A DNA stretch of 64,000 bases from Opitutales bacterium (GTDB lineage: Bacteria; Verrucomicrobiota; Verrucomicrobiia; Opitutales; JABSRG01). Positions 45,513-56,545 of the stretch are shown in pieces (positions within the stretch are counted from its first letter, which is position 1; the number at the start of each line of letters is the position of its first letter). Below the pieces are notes generated by a model. That model made no database searches, was not told the DNA's origin, and saw only the letters and a program-made list of their open reading frames with translations. A program made the translations under genes and the position numbers. The stretch lies in contig JBMYOQ010000005.1 in NCBI GenBank assembly GCA_049599475.1, positions 74,883 to 138,882 on the forward strand. Reading direction: 5' to 3'.

Positions 45513-46529
45513 ATGAACGATTCCGAAGCCTCCGATTTATCTAAGCGATTTCAGACACTAAGCGAAAAACTTAATCAGCAAATATTGGGACAACCCGAAT
45601 TGATCGAGTCGGTCCTGGTTGCGATGGTCGCTGGAGGGCATATTTTGTTGGAAGGCTTGCCGGGCTTAGGGAAAACGGAATTGATAAAGACCTTGTCTGC
45701 GTTGAGTGGTCTTGAGGCGCGCCGAGTTCAATTTACCCCGGACTTATTGCCGGGCGATATTGTAGGGAGTGCGATCATACAAGAGGTCGATGGTCGAAAA
45801 GTCTTCGAATTCTCAGAAGGTCCCGTATTTACCCAACTGCTTCTTGCTGATGAGATCAATAGAGCTTCTCCCAAGACTCAGGCTGCGCTCTTGGAAGCGA
45901 TGCAGGAGCGATCGGTGTCTGCTATGGGCGAGACCCGTCCACTTCCCAAACCGTTTTTTGTGTTTGCGACTCAAAATCCTGTGGATCTCGAAGGTACTTA
46001 TGCACTTCCAGAGGCACAGACAGACCGTTTTCTCTTTAAGTTAAACGTATTCAAAGCGCCCTCCGACGTTCTCGAAGCGATCATTAATAAGCGATCCGTT
46101 CAGACGCCGGATCTTCCTGACTCGATTCTCGACACCGAGGCTGTGATGGCAGCTATGGCCTCCGCAGAAGAGGTTTTCCTAGCACCGCCGGTCGTATCCT
46201 ACATAGCGCGATTAGTGGACGCGACCCATGGAGATGGGAGTAAGGAGTCCGCGTTTATCCGGTTCGGTGCGAGCCCACGGGCGGCTATCGGTCTTGCGCG
46301 TGCTGCACGAGCGCGTGCTTGGATATCTGGGCGCAAGCATGCGGGCATCGAGGATGTTCAAGCATTGGCGAAGGCAGTGTTGAGGCATCGTCTCGTGCTG
46401 AATTATGAGGCAAGGCTAGAAGGGCTCTCAACAGACGATTTAATCGACCGCATTCTGGAAGCGCTACCCACCGAGAACGCTGCGCTGCCCGAAGCTCTAG
46501 ATGCAGCAAAAATACAAAAAGGTTCATGA
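45513..46529 (+). CDS. moxR: MoxR-family AAA+ ATPase
   Basis: GLPGLGKT, RVQFTPDLLPGD, LLADEINRASPKTQAALLEAMQE, ATQNP, GASPRA. Confidence 0.95.
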   Translation: MNDSEASDLSKRFQTLSEKLNQQILGQPELIESVLVAMVAGGHILLEGLPGLGKTELIKTLSALSGLEARRVQFTPDLLPGDIVGSAIIQEVDGRKVFEFSEGPVFTQLLLADEINRASPKTQAALLEAMQERSVSAMGETRPLPKPFFVFATQNPVDLEGTYALPEAQTDRFLFKLNVFKAPSDVLEAIINKRSVQTPDLPDSILDTEAVMAAMASAEEVFLAPPVVSYIARLVDATHGDGSKESAFIRFGASPRAAIGLARAARARAWISGRKHAGIEDVQALAKAVLRHRLVLNYEARLEGLSTDDLIDRILEALPTENAALPEALDAAKIQKGS

Positions 46530-48283
46530 GGACATTTCGCATAGCTTTCTTTTGCATGGGCCTCTTGGCTCTGGGTAGCTTATGGGCTCAGGTAGCTACG
46601 CTGAAGCCGAGTCTGTCGAGCAAATCACCCTACGATGTGTCGATATATCCTGCGACGAAGCTGATCGTAAACGAAGGGTTTCTGGCTTATTTCGTGGAAA
46701 TCTCTAATACGTCGAGCGATCCGGTTTCCTTCGAAGTCGAAGCCCAATATCAAGCGCGGCATAGTAGCAACAACGCCAATACTGAGTCCAGCCGGACTGA
46801 TGTCTTCACTGTTCCTGCAGGTACGAAGCAGATATTCTCCTCTCAAGTTTTGACTTCCGATAGTTCAGGCGTCGGATGGGGATCGCCTTCTATTCATTTT
46901 CGTGTATCGGGGCCTACCATACGCGGGTCGAATGCGGGCACCGTGAGTGCAAATTATACACGCAATAGGAATCAAGTCGCGTTTATCGGTTTTGTCGGCG
47001 GACTCTTCGCACAAGTCGGTTCTTCACTGGATGATCCCAGCACGCGAGACCTCTTGGTGGAACGATTTGATAAAGCCTATATGCCCCTCGCTGCTACTGC
47101 CTATACGGGCATGGATGCGGTGGCCATAAATGCGAGTATCTGGACTGACCTGGCACCCGAGGCGCGCGAAGCTTTGCTGGATTGGGTGACCCTCGGAGGG
47201 CGGTTAATTCTTCATGTGGCCTCCAGTCGAGACCTGGATCAGCGATTCCTCGAATCCGAATTTCAATTGAAGGGAAACGCTCCATCCGTCGCGATGGGCT
47301 TCGGTGAAATTCACCGTATCAATAGTAAAGAGACAGGTGTTTGGGAGAAATGGATCGATACAAATATCGAGCCCAATAAGCGGCAGCGTTTTTCAAATGG
47401 CCAAACGACATGGCTGGGAGAAGCATGGGAGGACCTGATCGCCGACGATCCGATCAATATGAATGCAGCCTTGGTGTCCTTGTTTATGATCGCCTTTGCT
47501 GTGATCATAGGGCCTGTGAATTTGATCAAGTTTGCGCCCCCGCATAAGCGTTTCAGGATTTTCATTACAACGCCCATTATTTCATTGGTGGCAAGTATGA
47601 TCCTGGTGGGCGTTATCTTGGTCGGAGACGGGGTCGGTGGTTCGTCTTATCAAAGTTCCTTGGCTTACTTAGATGGAGATGCGGGCAAGTATTACGTAGA
47701 TCAACGAGCTGTGGTTCGCAGTAGTTTATTGTTTGATACGAAGGTTGAGACAGATCCAGATAAACGATTGATGCCACTGCTGGTGAACGAATTTGATCGC
47801 AGGGCGGCAAATGCCTATGATCACACGGGGCCTGTGCATGCGGGAGATTTTCTGAGTAATCGTCGTTGGCAGGGCCTTGGATCAGAATACGTCGAGCCGA
47901 CCCGGAGTACTATCGATGTCGAGCGCACCGATGAGGGTGCCTGGGAGGTCTATTCTAGTATCTCGGCACAACTGAGCGAAGTCATGTATGTCGATGAATT
48001 GGGAATCTATTGGAATGTGAGCGACCTTGGTCAGGGCGGGCGAAAAACCATGAGCAAGGCGGAACAGAATACAATTCAGCGTTTTTGGTTGGAGATTGAG
48101 GAGAATTCCAGTGCTGCTCATTATCGAGATGTGCGTAGGTGGAGTCGTCGGAACCGCGGCTTTTTCATAGCGACGACCGAAGCTGTTCAAGAATTACCTG
48201 CACTGGAGTTGCCGGCGATAATTATGCAAGATCAGTATTTGGTGCTTTGTGGCCTTGTTGATGGGGAAGGAGGCATCCAGTGA
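46526..48283 (+). CDS. Exported/membrane protein of the MoxR operon
   Basis: Signal peptide, ALLDWVTLGGRLI, two TMs with IIGPVN motif; ATGA overlap with moxR. Confidence 0.7.
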   Translation: MRTFRIAFFCMGLLALGSLWAQVATLKPSLSSKSPYDVSIYPATKLIVNEGFLAYFVEISNTSSDPVSFEVEAQYQARHSSNNANTESSRTDVFTVPAGTKQIFSSQVLTSDSSGVGWGSPSIHFRVSGPTIRGSNAGTVSANYTRNRNQVAFIGFVGGLFAQVGSSLDDPSTRDLLVERFDKAYMPLAATAYTGMDAVAINASIWTDLAPEAREALLDWVTLGGRLILHVASSRDLDQRFLESEFQLKGNAPSVAMGFGEIHRINSKETGVWEKWIDTNIEPNKRQRFSNGQTTWLGEAWEDLIADDPINMNAALVSLFMIAFAVIIGPVNLIKFAPPHKRFRIFITTPIISLVASMILVGVILVGDGVGGSSYQSSLAYLDGDAGKYYVDQRAVVRSSLLFDTKVETDPDKRLMPLLVNEFDRRAANAYDHTGPVHAGDFLSNRRWQGLGSEYVEPTRSTIDVERTDEGAWEVYSSISAQLSEVMYVDELGIYWNVSDLGQGGRKTMSKAEQNTIQRFWLEIEENSSAAHYRDVRRWSRRNRGFFIATTEAVQELPALELPAIIMQDQYLVLCGLVDGEGGIQ

Positions 48284-49221
48284 GCACTCCGATTATACAA
48301 GCTATGGGCTTAGGAAAGAGCTTCGGCTCTGTTGTTGCTCTGAATGGTGTGTCTTTTGATATTTTTCCCGGGCAAGTCGTCGGTTTTATCGGAGCAAATG
48401 GCGCGGGTAAGACCACGACGATGCGTATCCTTGCCACGCTCGATACGGCGAATCGCGGGTTCGCGAAGGTGTGTGGATACGATTGCCTTTTACAACCTTC
48501 TGAGGTGCGCCGTCGCCTCGGCTGGATGCCCGATGATTATGGCTGTTATAAAAACACGACCGTCATGGAGTATTTGGACTTTTTTGCCCGAGCCTACGGC
48601 TTTAAGGGCTCGGAGCGGACACGACGGGTGAGCAATGTGGTCGATTTCGCAGACTTAGGGCCCCTCTCGGACCGACCGATGACAGGCCTGTCTAAAGGGC
48701 AAGCGCAGCGCTTGTGCTTGGGGCGGACGTTGCTCCACGATCCCGAGGTGCTAATTCTCGACGAGCCTGCCGCTGGATTGGATCCCAAGGCGCGTATCGA
48801 GTTTAAGAATCTCGTGAGGATACTATCAAAGCAGGGAAAAACGCTCCTGATTAGTTCGCACATCTTATCAGAGCTCTCCGAGATGTGCGACCACATGCTG
48901 TTTATCGACGGTGGACGTATCATTAAAACGGGTACTGCGGAATCGATTCAAAACGACGGAGAGTCGGAGACTTCAGATTTCGAATTGCGGTTTGCTGAGA
49001 ATAGTGAAGACGCCATGGCCTTCTTGATACAACGTTTTCCAGAATCGCGTCAGATCGAGACTTTGAAGGATGGTTTTGTCCTGCGAATGCCAGCGCAGGG
49101 CTCAGCCCAGCAAGCCGCGGTCCTGTCGGTGCTCGTGGAGCATGGATACCCCGTTTATAGTTTTTATCGTAAGCAGAAGAAGCTGGAGGATGTCTTTGTA
49201 GACATGCTAGATAAGAAATGA
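48280..49221 (+). CDS. ABC-2 type transporter ATP-binding protein
   Basis: GANGAGKT, LSKG, LILDEPAAGLDP, ISSHIL. Confidence 0.93.
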   Translation: MSTPIIQAMGLGKSFGSVVALNGVSFDIFPGQVVGFIGANGAGKTTTMRILATLDTANRGFAKVCGYDCLLQPSEVRRRLGWMPDDYGCYKNTTVMEYLDFFARAYGFKGSERTRRVSNVVDFADLGPLSDRPMTGLSKGQAQRLCLGRTLLHDPEVLILDEPAAGLDPKARIEFKNLVRILSKQGKTLLISSHILSELSEMCDHMLFIDGGRIIKTGTAESIQNDGESETSDFELRFAENSEDAMAFLIQRFPESRQIETLKDGFVLRMPAQGSAQQAAVLSVLVEHGYPVYSFYRKQKKLEDVFVDMLDKK

Positions 49222-49955
49222 AGAATAAGATGCCAGAGGACGCCGATTGGATAAATCCAATTATGGTGCGCTACTTTAGGACGCGTCTACGGAGTAAGGC
49301 GTTTGTGGTGTGTTATATGGCGCTGATGCTGATGCTTGTGATAGCGGTGTTTGGCGTGATTCATTCAGCCTCAGTGAGTAGCCATGCTGCTCGGAGTGAT
49401 GCGGGCTTTTTGTATTTCCTGACATTTGTTCCCACCATCCTGTTGCCCTTGTCCGCTTATGCTGCCTTCCGGCAGGAGATTTCGGGAAATACACTGGAGT
49501 TACTGTTGGTCACAAATCTACTGGGTAAAAATATAGCCTGGGGCGCGTGGCAGACCTTCTTTTCGCTGGCTGTATTGTGGCAGGCTGTGTTGTTCCCCAT
49601 CTGGGTATTGTTTTATTTCACCCACGGCGCAGATATTGTGGAGAGTTTGGCCACTTCATGTGTGTCCTTACTGGTGGTCGCTCCTTTGATTATGTGTGGC
49701 TTGTGGGCGGGGACGCTTTCAAACGGCTTTAAGCGCTTTTTCGGAGCTGGGTTTTGGTTGCTCGGATACATGCTGTCCCTGGGAATTGGAATGGGTGTCG
49801 CCTTCGATACTATGGGAAGCTCTGCTTCGGAATTTACAGGTTTTATCCTGTTTGGTTTGCACGGATTGGCTGCTACCGCGTTCACCCGCTTTCTCTTAAG
49901 TGATGCCCTCTTATCCACCACGCACGAAGGGTATTACGTATACGATGCCGCTTAA
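49218..49955 (+). CDS. ABC-2 type permease
   Basis: NPIMVRYFRTRLR, EISGNTLELLLVTNL, about six TMs. Confidence 0.7.
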   Translation: MKNKMPEDADWINPIMVRYFRTRLRSKAFVVCYMALMLMLVIAVFGVIHSASVSSHAARSDAGFLYFLTFVPTILLPLSAYAAFRQEISGNTLELLLVTNLLGKNIAWGAWQTFFSLAVLWQAVLFPIWVLFYFTHGADIVESLATSCVSLLVVAPLIMCGLWAGTLSNGFKRFFGAGFWLLGYMLSLGIGMGVAFDTMGSSASEFTGFILFGLHGLAATAFTRFLLSDALLSTTHEGYYVYDAA

Positions 49956-49958
49956 CCT

Positions 49959-51389
49959 ATGGAAAATGTGTCTCAGAATAATTCTATGAAGAAGGATGTC
50001 TTTTCCGATTTAGCGGATGCCCCGGATCGTTTTCACCCATTTCTCGTGAAGGAGCTACGAAGGTCTCTGAAAGGACGCGGCTTTATCATAGGACTTTCGA
50101 TCTTCCTCTTTGTCTTGTCTCTAGCGACTCTTGGCATGATTTCAGAGTCCAGCACCTCTCCCAGGGCGGGTGATGGTATCTGGGGTATCGTGCTCTTTTT
50201 GCAGACCGTATACTTTCTATTGGTTATCCCCTTTACTAATGCCCAAACGGATCATGAAGACGGAGATGATAGCATGGTGGATCTGATACGATTGACGGCG
50301 ATGAGCCCGATGAGTGTCAGTCTGGGGCGATGGATTACGGCCGTGTTCTTTGTCATGATCTACGGGGTGCTCGTCGTTCCTTATTACCTGCTGAGATATT
50401 TTCTCGGGGGCTATAATTTGAGTGAAGGGTTGACCATATTCGGGGTTACTTTGCTGGGCTCATTGATCGCGTGCGCTTGGTCCACTGCATCTACGTATTT
50501 ACTGTCTAAGCGTATGCGGGGCGTCTTCAATGTAGGACTCGTCGTGTTGTCTGTCGGATTCCTGCAATCGTTTACCCTGGCTTTGCGGGGAGTCGGTTGG
50601 GGGTCTGCTTCGCTCGCCGAATGGATTGGAATCGTGTTTTTCGCCTTATCACTCTCTTTGATGTTAGTGGCTTTGGGGGCAAATGGATTGGCTTCGCGCG
50701 CGCAGAGGCGGATGTTGTGGGTGAGGGGGCCGTGGTTCGCGCTTCTCGCAGTCACGTCCATTGCGGGCATTTTCTCTTTGGATGAGTTCTACCTAGCGTT
50801 TTCATTTATCCTCGTATTTGTAGGCCTGTTTTTTATCTGTGTTGAAGAGCCCGCCTTGCCTACAGAATTTGTATTTCCTCGGTCGACGAAATCACGAAGT
50901 ATAAGCTTTTTTAGGAAAGTGTTTGAGTATCCGGGCGTTGGATACGGATTCTGGCTTTGGTTGCTGGGAAGCGTCCTCTTCTTTGGGGCGTTTGCGGCAC
51001 ATTCTAAATGGAATGATGAACTCGAAGAAGTTCTCTGGGTGTTTTTGAGCATTGGGTCGATGATCGTTTGGGCCTACTTTATCGCGCGGAAACTCGTCTA
51101 TCGTTTTCCATATCTCACAGCTTATATCTTGGCTTTCACTATCGTGATTATTTCAAATGTGATTCTGGTTTTTGTTGGGGCTGCAAGTGATAATTTTGGG
51201 CAGGATACGGTTAAGTTTGTTACGGATTTTTTCCCGCTCTCGGTGCTCTTTGATATGAATTCGTATGCCGTAAAGAATTATGCCTATGTGGTATATCTTT
51301 ATACGGGAGCTTCCTTTCTCGCTTTTATGTTTGGAGCTTTCCGAGAGCGTAGCCGTTTGTTCAGCGAAGAGAAAGCGATGCTTTCATGA
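49959..51389 (+). CDS. ABC-2 type permease (extended)
   Basis: PFLVKELRRSLK, DLIRLTAMSP, many TMs. Confidence 0.7.
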   Translation: MENVSQNNSMKKDVFSDLADAPDRFHPFLVKELRRSLKGRGFIIGLSIFLFVLSLATLGMISESSTSPRAGDGIWGIVLFLQTVYFLLVIPFTNAQTDHEDGDDSMVDLIRLTAMSPMSVSLGRWITAVFFVMIYGVLVVPYYLLRYFLGGYNLSEGLTIFGVTLLGSLIACAWSTASTYLLSKRMRGVFNVGLVVLSVGFLQSFTLALRGVGWGSASLAEWIGIVFFALSLSLMLVALGANGLASRAQRRMLWVRGPWFALLAVTSIAGIFSLDEFYLAFSFILVFVGLFFICVEEPALPTEFVFPRSTKSRSISFFRKVFEYPGVGYGFWLWLLGSVLFFGAFAAHSKWNDELEEVLWVFLSIGSMIVWAYFIARKLVYRFPYLTAYILAFTIVIISNVILVFVGAASDNFGQDTVKFVTDFFPLSVLFDMNSYAVKNYAYVVYLYTGASFLAFMFGAFRERSRLFSEEKAMLS

Positions 51390-52270
51390 AGGAGGGCAAA
51401 ATAGATCAAATGTCAGGGGTCTATCGCTCCGTTTTGGCGGAGTCGAAACGGGTGGCAGCTGCCTGGAAGTTGGGTGCCCTGTCTCCACATCCATCGCAGC
51501 GTATGGGTGCTTATATGACAAGCCGAGCTGGCAGCTCTGCGGAGTTTTTAGACCAGCGGCCTTTCTCACGCGGGGATGATATCCGCCATATCAATTGGCA
51601 GGCTTTCGCGCGCACAGAGCAAGTGATGATCAATCTGTTTCAGCAGGAGTCCGCACCGATTTTGGACATCATCATTGATTGCAGTGAATCGATGTCATTT
51701 CAGGAGGATAAATGGAAGGGTGCTTGGAAGCTATGGGCGTTTTTGATGAATTTATCGCAGGATTCGGGATCTCGCGTGAGAGCCTTCCTTGTATGTGGAT
51801 CTGAGTGGGTAGAGGTGCCCTCGGAAGATCCCGAGGCTGGTTTCGTCTTCCTGATTAATGCCGATCCAGGGGCTCCCTCAGGAGTGCTGAAAGTGCCATT
51901 CACCCCCAAATCTTTTCGGGTTTTCATTAGTGATCTCCTGTTTGAGGAATTATCTCAGGAGATTCCGGCCTGCTTCGCCCGAGGCTCGGGCGGTTTTTCG
52001 ATGGTTGCTCCCTTTGTATCAGAGGAGGCCTCGCCCGCATGGGCTGGAAATATCGAATTCCACGATGTTGAGAACGGCCAAAAGCTAACCCATCTGTGTG
52101 ATACAGCATTCATTCAGCGCTATCAAAATAGATATAAGGCGCACTTTAATGCGTGGGACGAAGCGATTCAAAAACAGGGAGGCACACTCTCGCGAGTAGA
52201 CAGTAAAATGCCCTTATCAAAGGCGATATCCGCGAGCCTTGCGCGCTGTGGGATGGTCGTGCCGCGTTGA
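51386..52270 (+). CDS. DUF58 family protein
   Basis: GSSAEFLDQRPFSRGDDIRHINWQAFART, DCSESM, ISDLL. Confidence 0.9.
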   Translation: MKEGKIDQMSGVYRSVLAESKRVAAAWKLGALSPHPSQRMGAYMTSRAGSSAEFLDQRPFSRGDDIRHINWQAFARTEQVMINLFQQESAPILDIIIDCSESMSFQEDKWKGAWKLWAFLMNLSQDSGSRVRAFLVCGSEWVEVPSEDPEAGFVFLINADPGAPSGVLKVPFTPKSFRVFISDLLFEELSQEIPACFARGSGGFSMVAPFVSEEASPAWAGNIEFHDVENGQKLTHLCDTAFIQRYQNRYKAHFNAWDEAIQKQGGTLSRVDSKMPLSKAISASLARCGMVVPR

Positions 52271-52274
52271 TCGT

Positions 52275-54029
52275 ATGTGGGTGTTTTTGTCAAGCTGGGC
52301 CTTGTGGGGATTGCTAAGTGTCCCGATTCTAGTGGCTATCCATTTTTTTCGCAGGCGAGCGAGACGCGTTGAGGTGTCTACGCTATTTTTGCTGAAGGAA
52401 AAGGAGAGGGTGACTCGACGAGGGGCTGTGTGGACTCGATTTGAAAATTCATGGCCATTCTTTTTTCAATTGTTGGCCCTGATTCTTGCCATCTTGTTGG
52501 CGTCGCGTCCCATGTTGATTCAAGACGATACTCAGTTGCGGCTCGCGTTTGTGTTGGACGATTCGGTATCCATGAGAGCATACAAAGGCGAAGTGTCTGA
52601 AGCCGTTTCTGAATTATTGGATAGTGTGCCGCGAAGTATGTCTTTGGACTTGGGTTTATTTACGTCTGCGCGGACGTCCGCAAATTTGGGCTACTACGCA
52701 TCCTCACAAGAGGTTCGCAAAGCTCTTGAGGAGTCCTGGAATCCCTCCTCTGGTATCCACGATTCGCGGGGCCAGATCGAGGCAGCCTCCCGTTGGGCGG
52801 GGGAGCAGGGCTATGTCATCTGGATCTCAGATCATACGGGCACGCAATCCGGTGCAAATTTGAATATATCCGTGGGACTACCAAAGGAAAACGTAGGGAT
52901 TACCGGAATCGATTATTTCGAAGACGGCCGCTGGGAGGCTCGTATCAGTAATTTTACCGACTCCAGCCAAAGTCGGGAATGGTGGGTGGCCTACGAAGGA
53001 GGGTCTACTGAGCCAATGGAGTTGTCCCTCTTGCCTGGGCAATCGCTGCGTGTTTCTGGATTGTCGTTTGAGGGTCTGAAACGGCCTTACTTGAAGCTTT
53101 CCGCGGATGCTTTGGATATAGATGACGTCGCACCGCTCCTTCGCCCAAAGACGGAGCCCGTGAGCTTATATGTGGATTTGGTCGAAGAGAATCGTGAAGT
53201 CTGGGACAAACTCGCGGTTGGACTGCGCGATTGGACCCAGCTTGCACCGATGGAGTCAGCCCATCTCACTGTGACGGATAAAGCGGAAAATGTATCTGGA
53301 CGGGCAATACGATTTTTGAGCCCTGAAGCGGAGGTCCTGAGTGAAGAGTGGAGCCGCGGACCCTTCCTGCGCGGAGAATATGCTTTGAGTGATGGTTTGT
53401 CTTTTGGCGGCTTGTTGGCTCGCTTTGGCTCGGTAGATACTCCTCCTGGAAGTCGTGCCTATTTTCGCTTGGGAGCGGATCCCATCGTCTGGCAGCCTCC
53501 GGGGCCTCGAGGGCAGTTAAATCTCCAATGGGCCCCCGCCTACTCAAATATGGATCAGCATCCAGGCGCTCTACTGGTCTTGGACCGCTTTTTGCGCGAA
53601 GCTCAAGTGGAATCGGGACTGGTCCGATCTGAAAACTACTACTATGGAGAGTCTTTGAAAGCAGGGCAATCGCGTGCTCCTGCACTGATGCGAGTTTGGA
53701 GGCCTGGAGAGCCTCAAGCGATTGACCGGAAAATGGAGCGGATCCTTCTTCGGCAGGCTCCACGGGAGGTTTGCTTCTTTCAATTGCTCGGCAATGATGA
53801 GGAGATTTTGCACGAAGGTACGAGCCATTTTTGGGAGATTTCCGAACTCGATCTCCGTGATCGAAATAGTGAGGCGTTCACAATTCCTGATTGGACCGAA
53901 AATATACGGAACGACTTAAGGCCTCCGCCTGGAATTGAGTTGATTCCAGCTTTGATCCTGGCGGCGCTACTTGGCTCCTGGTGGACAACCCATCGGGGTG
54001 AAAAACCTAATTTGTCACAGAATATTTGA
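52275..54029 (+). CDS. BatA-domain / vWA protein
   Basis: LWGLLSVPILVAIHFF, STLFL, LLASRP (BatA N-terminus); DDSVSM MIDAS; ATG at 52275. Confidence 0.8.
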   Translation: MWVFLSSWALWGLLSVPILVAIHFFRRRARRVEVSTLFLLKEKERVTRRGAVWTRFENSWPFFFQLLALILAILLASRPMLIQDDTQLRLAFVLDDSVSMRAYKGEVSEAVSELLDSVPRSMSLDLGLFTSARTSANLGYYASSQEVRKALEESWNPSSGIHDSRGQIEAASRWAGEQGYVIWISDHTGTQSGANLNISVGLPKENVGITGIDYFEDGRWEARISNFTDSSQSREWWVAYEGGSTEPMELSLLPGQSLRVSGLSFEGLKRPYLKLSADALDIDDVAPLLRPKTEPVSLYVDLVEENREVWDKLAVGLRDWTQLAPMESAHLTVTDKAENVSGRAIRFLSPEAEVLSEEWSRGPFLRGEYALSDGLSFGGLLARFGSVDTPPGSRAYFRLGADPIVWQPPGPRGQLNLQWAPAYSNMDQHPGALLVLDRFLREAQVESGLVRSENYYYGESLKAGQSRAPALMRVWRPGEPQAIDRKMERILLRQAPREVCFFQLLGNDEEILHEGTSHFWEISELDLRDRNSEAFTIPDWTENIRNDLRPPPGIELIPALILAALLGSWWTTHRGEKPNLSQNI

Positions 54030-56545
54030 TGCAGTTTTCCAATCCACAGTGGTTTTTGTTTTTAGCGGTTTGGGGAGTGCTCGCTTGGAAATTGCGTTGG
54101 CTACATTTGATGACTCCGAGGCGCGTTGTTGTCGTATTGCTCATTTTTTTAGGATGGACTGGTTTGGAGTTTAAACTGCCAGACCGTTCTATGCATTTAT
54201 GGGTGATGATGGATAAGTCCGATTCCATCCGCGAGCTGACGTTCCGAGGTGAGTCTGAATGGCTTGATCTACTGGAAAGCAACCGCCCTGAAGATGGTAC
54301 CCTGCATGTCTTAGACATAGGTTCTTCGATACAGGAGCGTAGTCAGGAGGCTCAAGTGTTTCCCGAAGAACGGGGTCGTGAGACTCGTATTGCTGGGGCC
54401 CTCGAGCATGTGATCGCACGTGCGGATAGCTCGGCATCCCACCGCGTATTATTATTTTCAGATGGATACGCAACGGATGATCCATCGCGAATGAAGGCGC
54501 CCCTTGTGGAGTCTGCTATCGTCGTGGATTATCGCTGGGTCAGTCCGCCTGAGCAGCGAGATGCGTGGATTATCAATCTCGGAGGCCCGCCCACAGCCCA
54601 GCTACGTGAGGCTATTGTAATTGAAGGGCGTATCGGAGGGCCGGTCGGGGCATCGGTTTTTTACGAATTGCTCAGAGATGAGAGTGTGGTCTCGGAGGGA
54701 GAAATTGTATTGAACGAACCGTCACAGGTCGTTCGGTTTGCAGATAGGCCCCCTTCCGGCGGAGCTTTTCATTATAAGCTTAAAATTGTCATGGAGGGCG
54801 ATCAGGTGCCTGGTAATAACGAGAAAGCGTTTTGGGTACGGGTGGAGGATGCACCTCGGATATTAGTGCTCAGTAGCTATCGAAATGACCCCGTGGCCAC
54901 CTTGCTGAAACAGTTTGGATTTGCAGTCGACCTAGCATTAACGGGCAGTATTCCCGATGCGGGTAAATTGACGGGGTATCGATCTGTTATTCTAAATAAC
55001 ATTGGAGCTCCGGCCTTGGGAAATGCATACCTCGAGGATCTCAAATACTGGGTCGAATCGCAGGGAGGGGGCCTTTTGATGATCGGTGGGCGCCGTAGCT
55101 TTGGCACGGGCGGTTATTTTGAATCACCGATCGACCCCATCCTTCCTGTTTCGATGGAAACGCGGGAGGATCACAAGCGCTTAGCAGTGGCTATGGCCAT
55201 TGTGATGGACCGCTCGGGTAGCATGGGGATGACTGTCGCCGGTGGCAAAACTAAGATGGATCTGGCCAATGTCGGTGCCGCTGCAGCAGCGGATTTACTC
55301 AGCGATTATGATGCCTTGACTGTCTTTGCCGTGGATAGTGAGGCGCACAATGTTTTGCCACTAACACAGGTAGGACCGCATCGTGACGAGATCGTGCGTC
55401 GTGTCCGTTCCATTACATCGATGGGGGGCGGGATTTTTGTATTCAACGGATTAGACGCGGCATGGAAGCAGTTGCAGGCCAGCGAGGCGGGTCAGCGCCA
55501 TATTATCCTGTTTTCAGATGCAGCAGACTCCGAACAGCCGGGTGCTTACAAAGAGCTAATCGAAGAAATGAGGGCGGGTAAGACTACGGTGAGCGTTATC
55601 GCCTTAGGTTCTGAGAGTGATCCAGATGCCGGTTTCTTGAAGGATATCGCGCAGAGAGGTGAAGGGCGTATCTTTTTCAATACAAATCCGGGAACCCTTC
55701 CTGCGATTTTCTCGCAGGAGACAGTGGCTGTAGCACGGTCTGCGTTTGTCGAGGAATATGTACCGGCTCAAGGATTTCCGGCTTGGTTGGAGTTGGCTCA
55801 GACTCAACTCGTGTGGCCTGAAATAATCTATGGTTATAATTTGTCCTACCTACGAGATGGGGCCAGCCTTGCCGCAAATAGTATGGACGAATATCAAGCG
55901 CCTTTGGTCGCCTTTTGGAGAGCAGGTACTGGGCGAACAGCGGCTATCACCTTTCCGGTCGATGGGGAAATCGGCACTTTCAATCAGGGGTGGGGTCAAT
56001 TGCCAGAACTGTTGGTCACCCTGACACGTTGGTTGCAGGGTGAGCGTCAGCCCGAAGGCTTACAATTGAGATCTCGGCAGGTCGGGAATCTGTGGAATAT
56101 CGATCTGTTTTACGATGATACTTGGGCGGAGAAAATTGATAAGCAACTTCCCGCGCTTCAGACACGCTCTGTCGGAAGTGAGGCCCCGGTGGTGCACGGG
56201 TGGTCCCGGGTCGGTATAGATCATCTTCAGGCGAGCATTCCGATTCCGGTGGGTCAAACACAGACCGGAGCCGTCCAGATAGGCGATATAGCCATGCCCC
56301 TCGGTCCGGTTTCGTCTGGGGAAGATGCAGAGTGGGTGCGCGATCAAGTGAGCCGAGGGAATATTGAGGAGCTGTCTGTGGCAACGGGCGGAGTCCAGCG
56401 ATTGCGTCTGGATAAGGCCTGGGAGACCAAAACAGAAGCACGCTGGGTAGATGTTGGAAAATACTGTATCTTCGCCGCGATCTTCTTAATCCTCTATGAC
56501 GCCTTACTCACCCGTATCGGCACATGGCGAGCATTTAAGGGTTGA
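54029..56545 (+). CDS. Double vWA plus GATase1-like domain protein
   Basis: DKSDS and DRSGSM MIDAS motifs, GGGLLMIGGRRSFGTGGY; TGATG overlap with the previous gene. Confidence 0.8.
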   Translation: MQFSNPQWFLFLAVWGVLAWKLRWLHLMTPRRVVVVLLIFLGWTGLEFKLPDRSMHLWVMMDKSDSIRELTFRGESEWLDLLESNRPEDGTLHVLDIGSSIQERSQEAQVFPEERGRETRIAGALEHVIARADSSASHRVLLFSDGYATDDPSRMKAPLVESAIVVDYRWVSPPEQRDAWIINLGGPPTAQLREAIVIEGRIGGPVGASVFYELLRDESVVSEGEIVLNEPSQVVRFADRPPSGGAFHYKLKIVMEGDQVPGNNEKAFWVRVEDAPRILVLSSYRNDPVATLLKQFGFAVDLALTGSIPDAGKLTGYRSVILNNIGAPALGNAYLEDLKYWVESQGGGLLMIGGRRSFGTGGYFESPIDPILPVSMETREDHKRLAVAMAIVMDRSGSMGMTVAGGKTKMDLANVGAAAAADLLSDYDALTVFAVDSEAHNVLPLTQVGPHRDEIVRRVRSITSMGGGIFVFNGLDAAWKQLQASEAGQRHIILFSDAADSEQPGAYKELIEEMRAGKTTVSVIALGSESDPDAGFLKDIAQRGEGRIFFNTNPGTLPAIFSQETVAVARSAFVEEYVPAQGFPAWLELAQTQLVWPEIIYGYNLSYLRDGASLAANSMDEYQAPLVAFWRAGTGRTAAITFPVDGEIGTFNQGWGQLPELLVTLTRWLQGERQPEGLQLRSRQVGNLWNIDLFYDDTWAEKIDKQLPALQTRSVGSEAPVVHGWSRVGIDHLQASIPIPVGQTQTGAVQIGDIAMPLGPVSSGEDAEWVRDQVSRGNIEELSVATGGVQRLRLDKAWETKTEARWVDVGKYCIFAAIFLILYDALLTRIGTWRAFKG

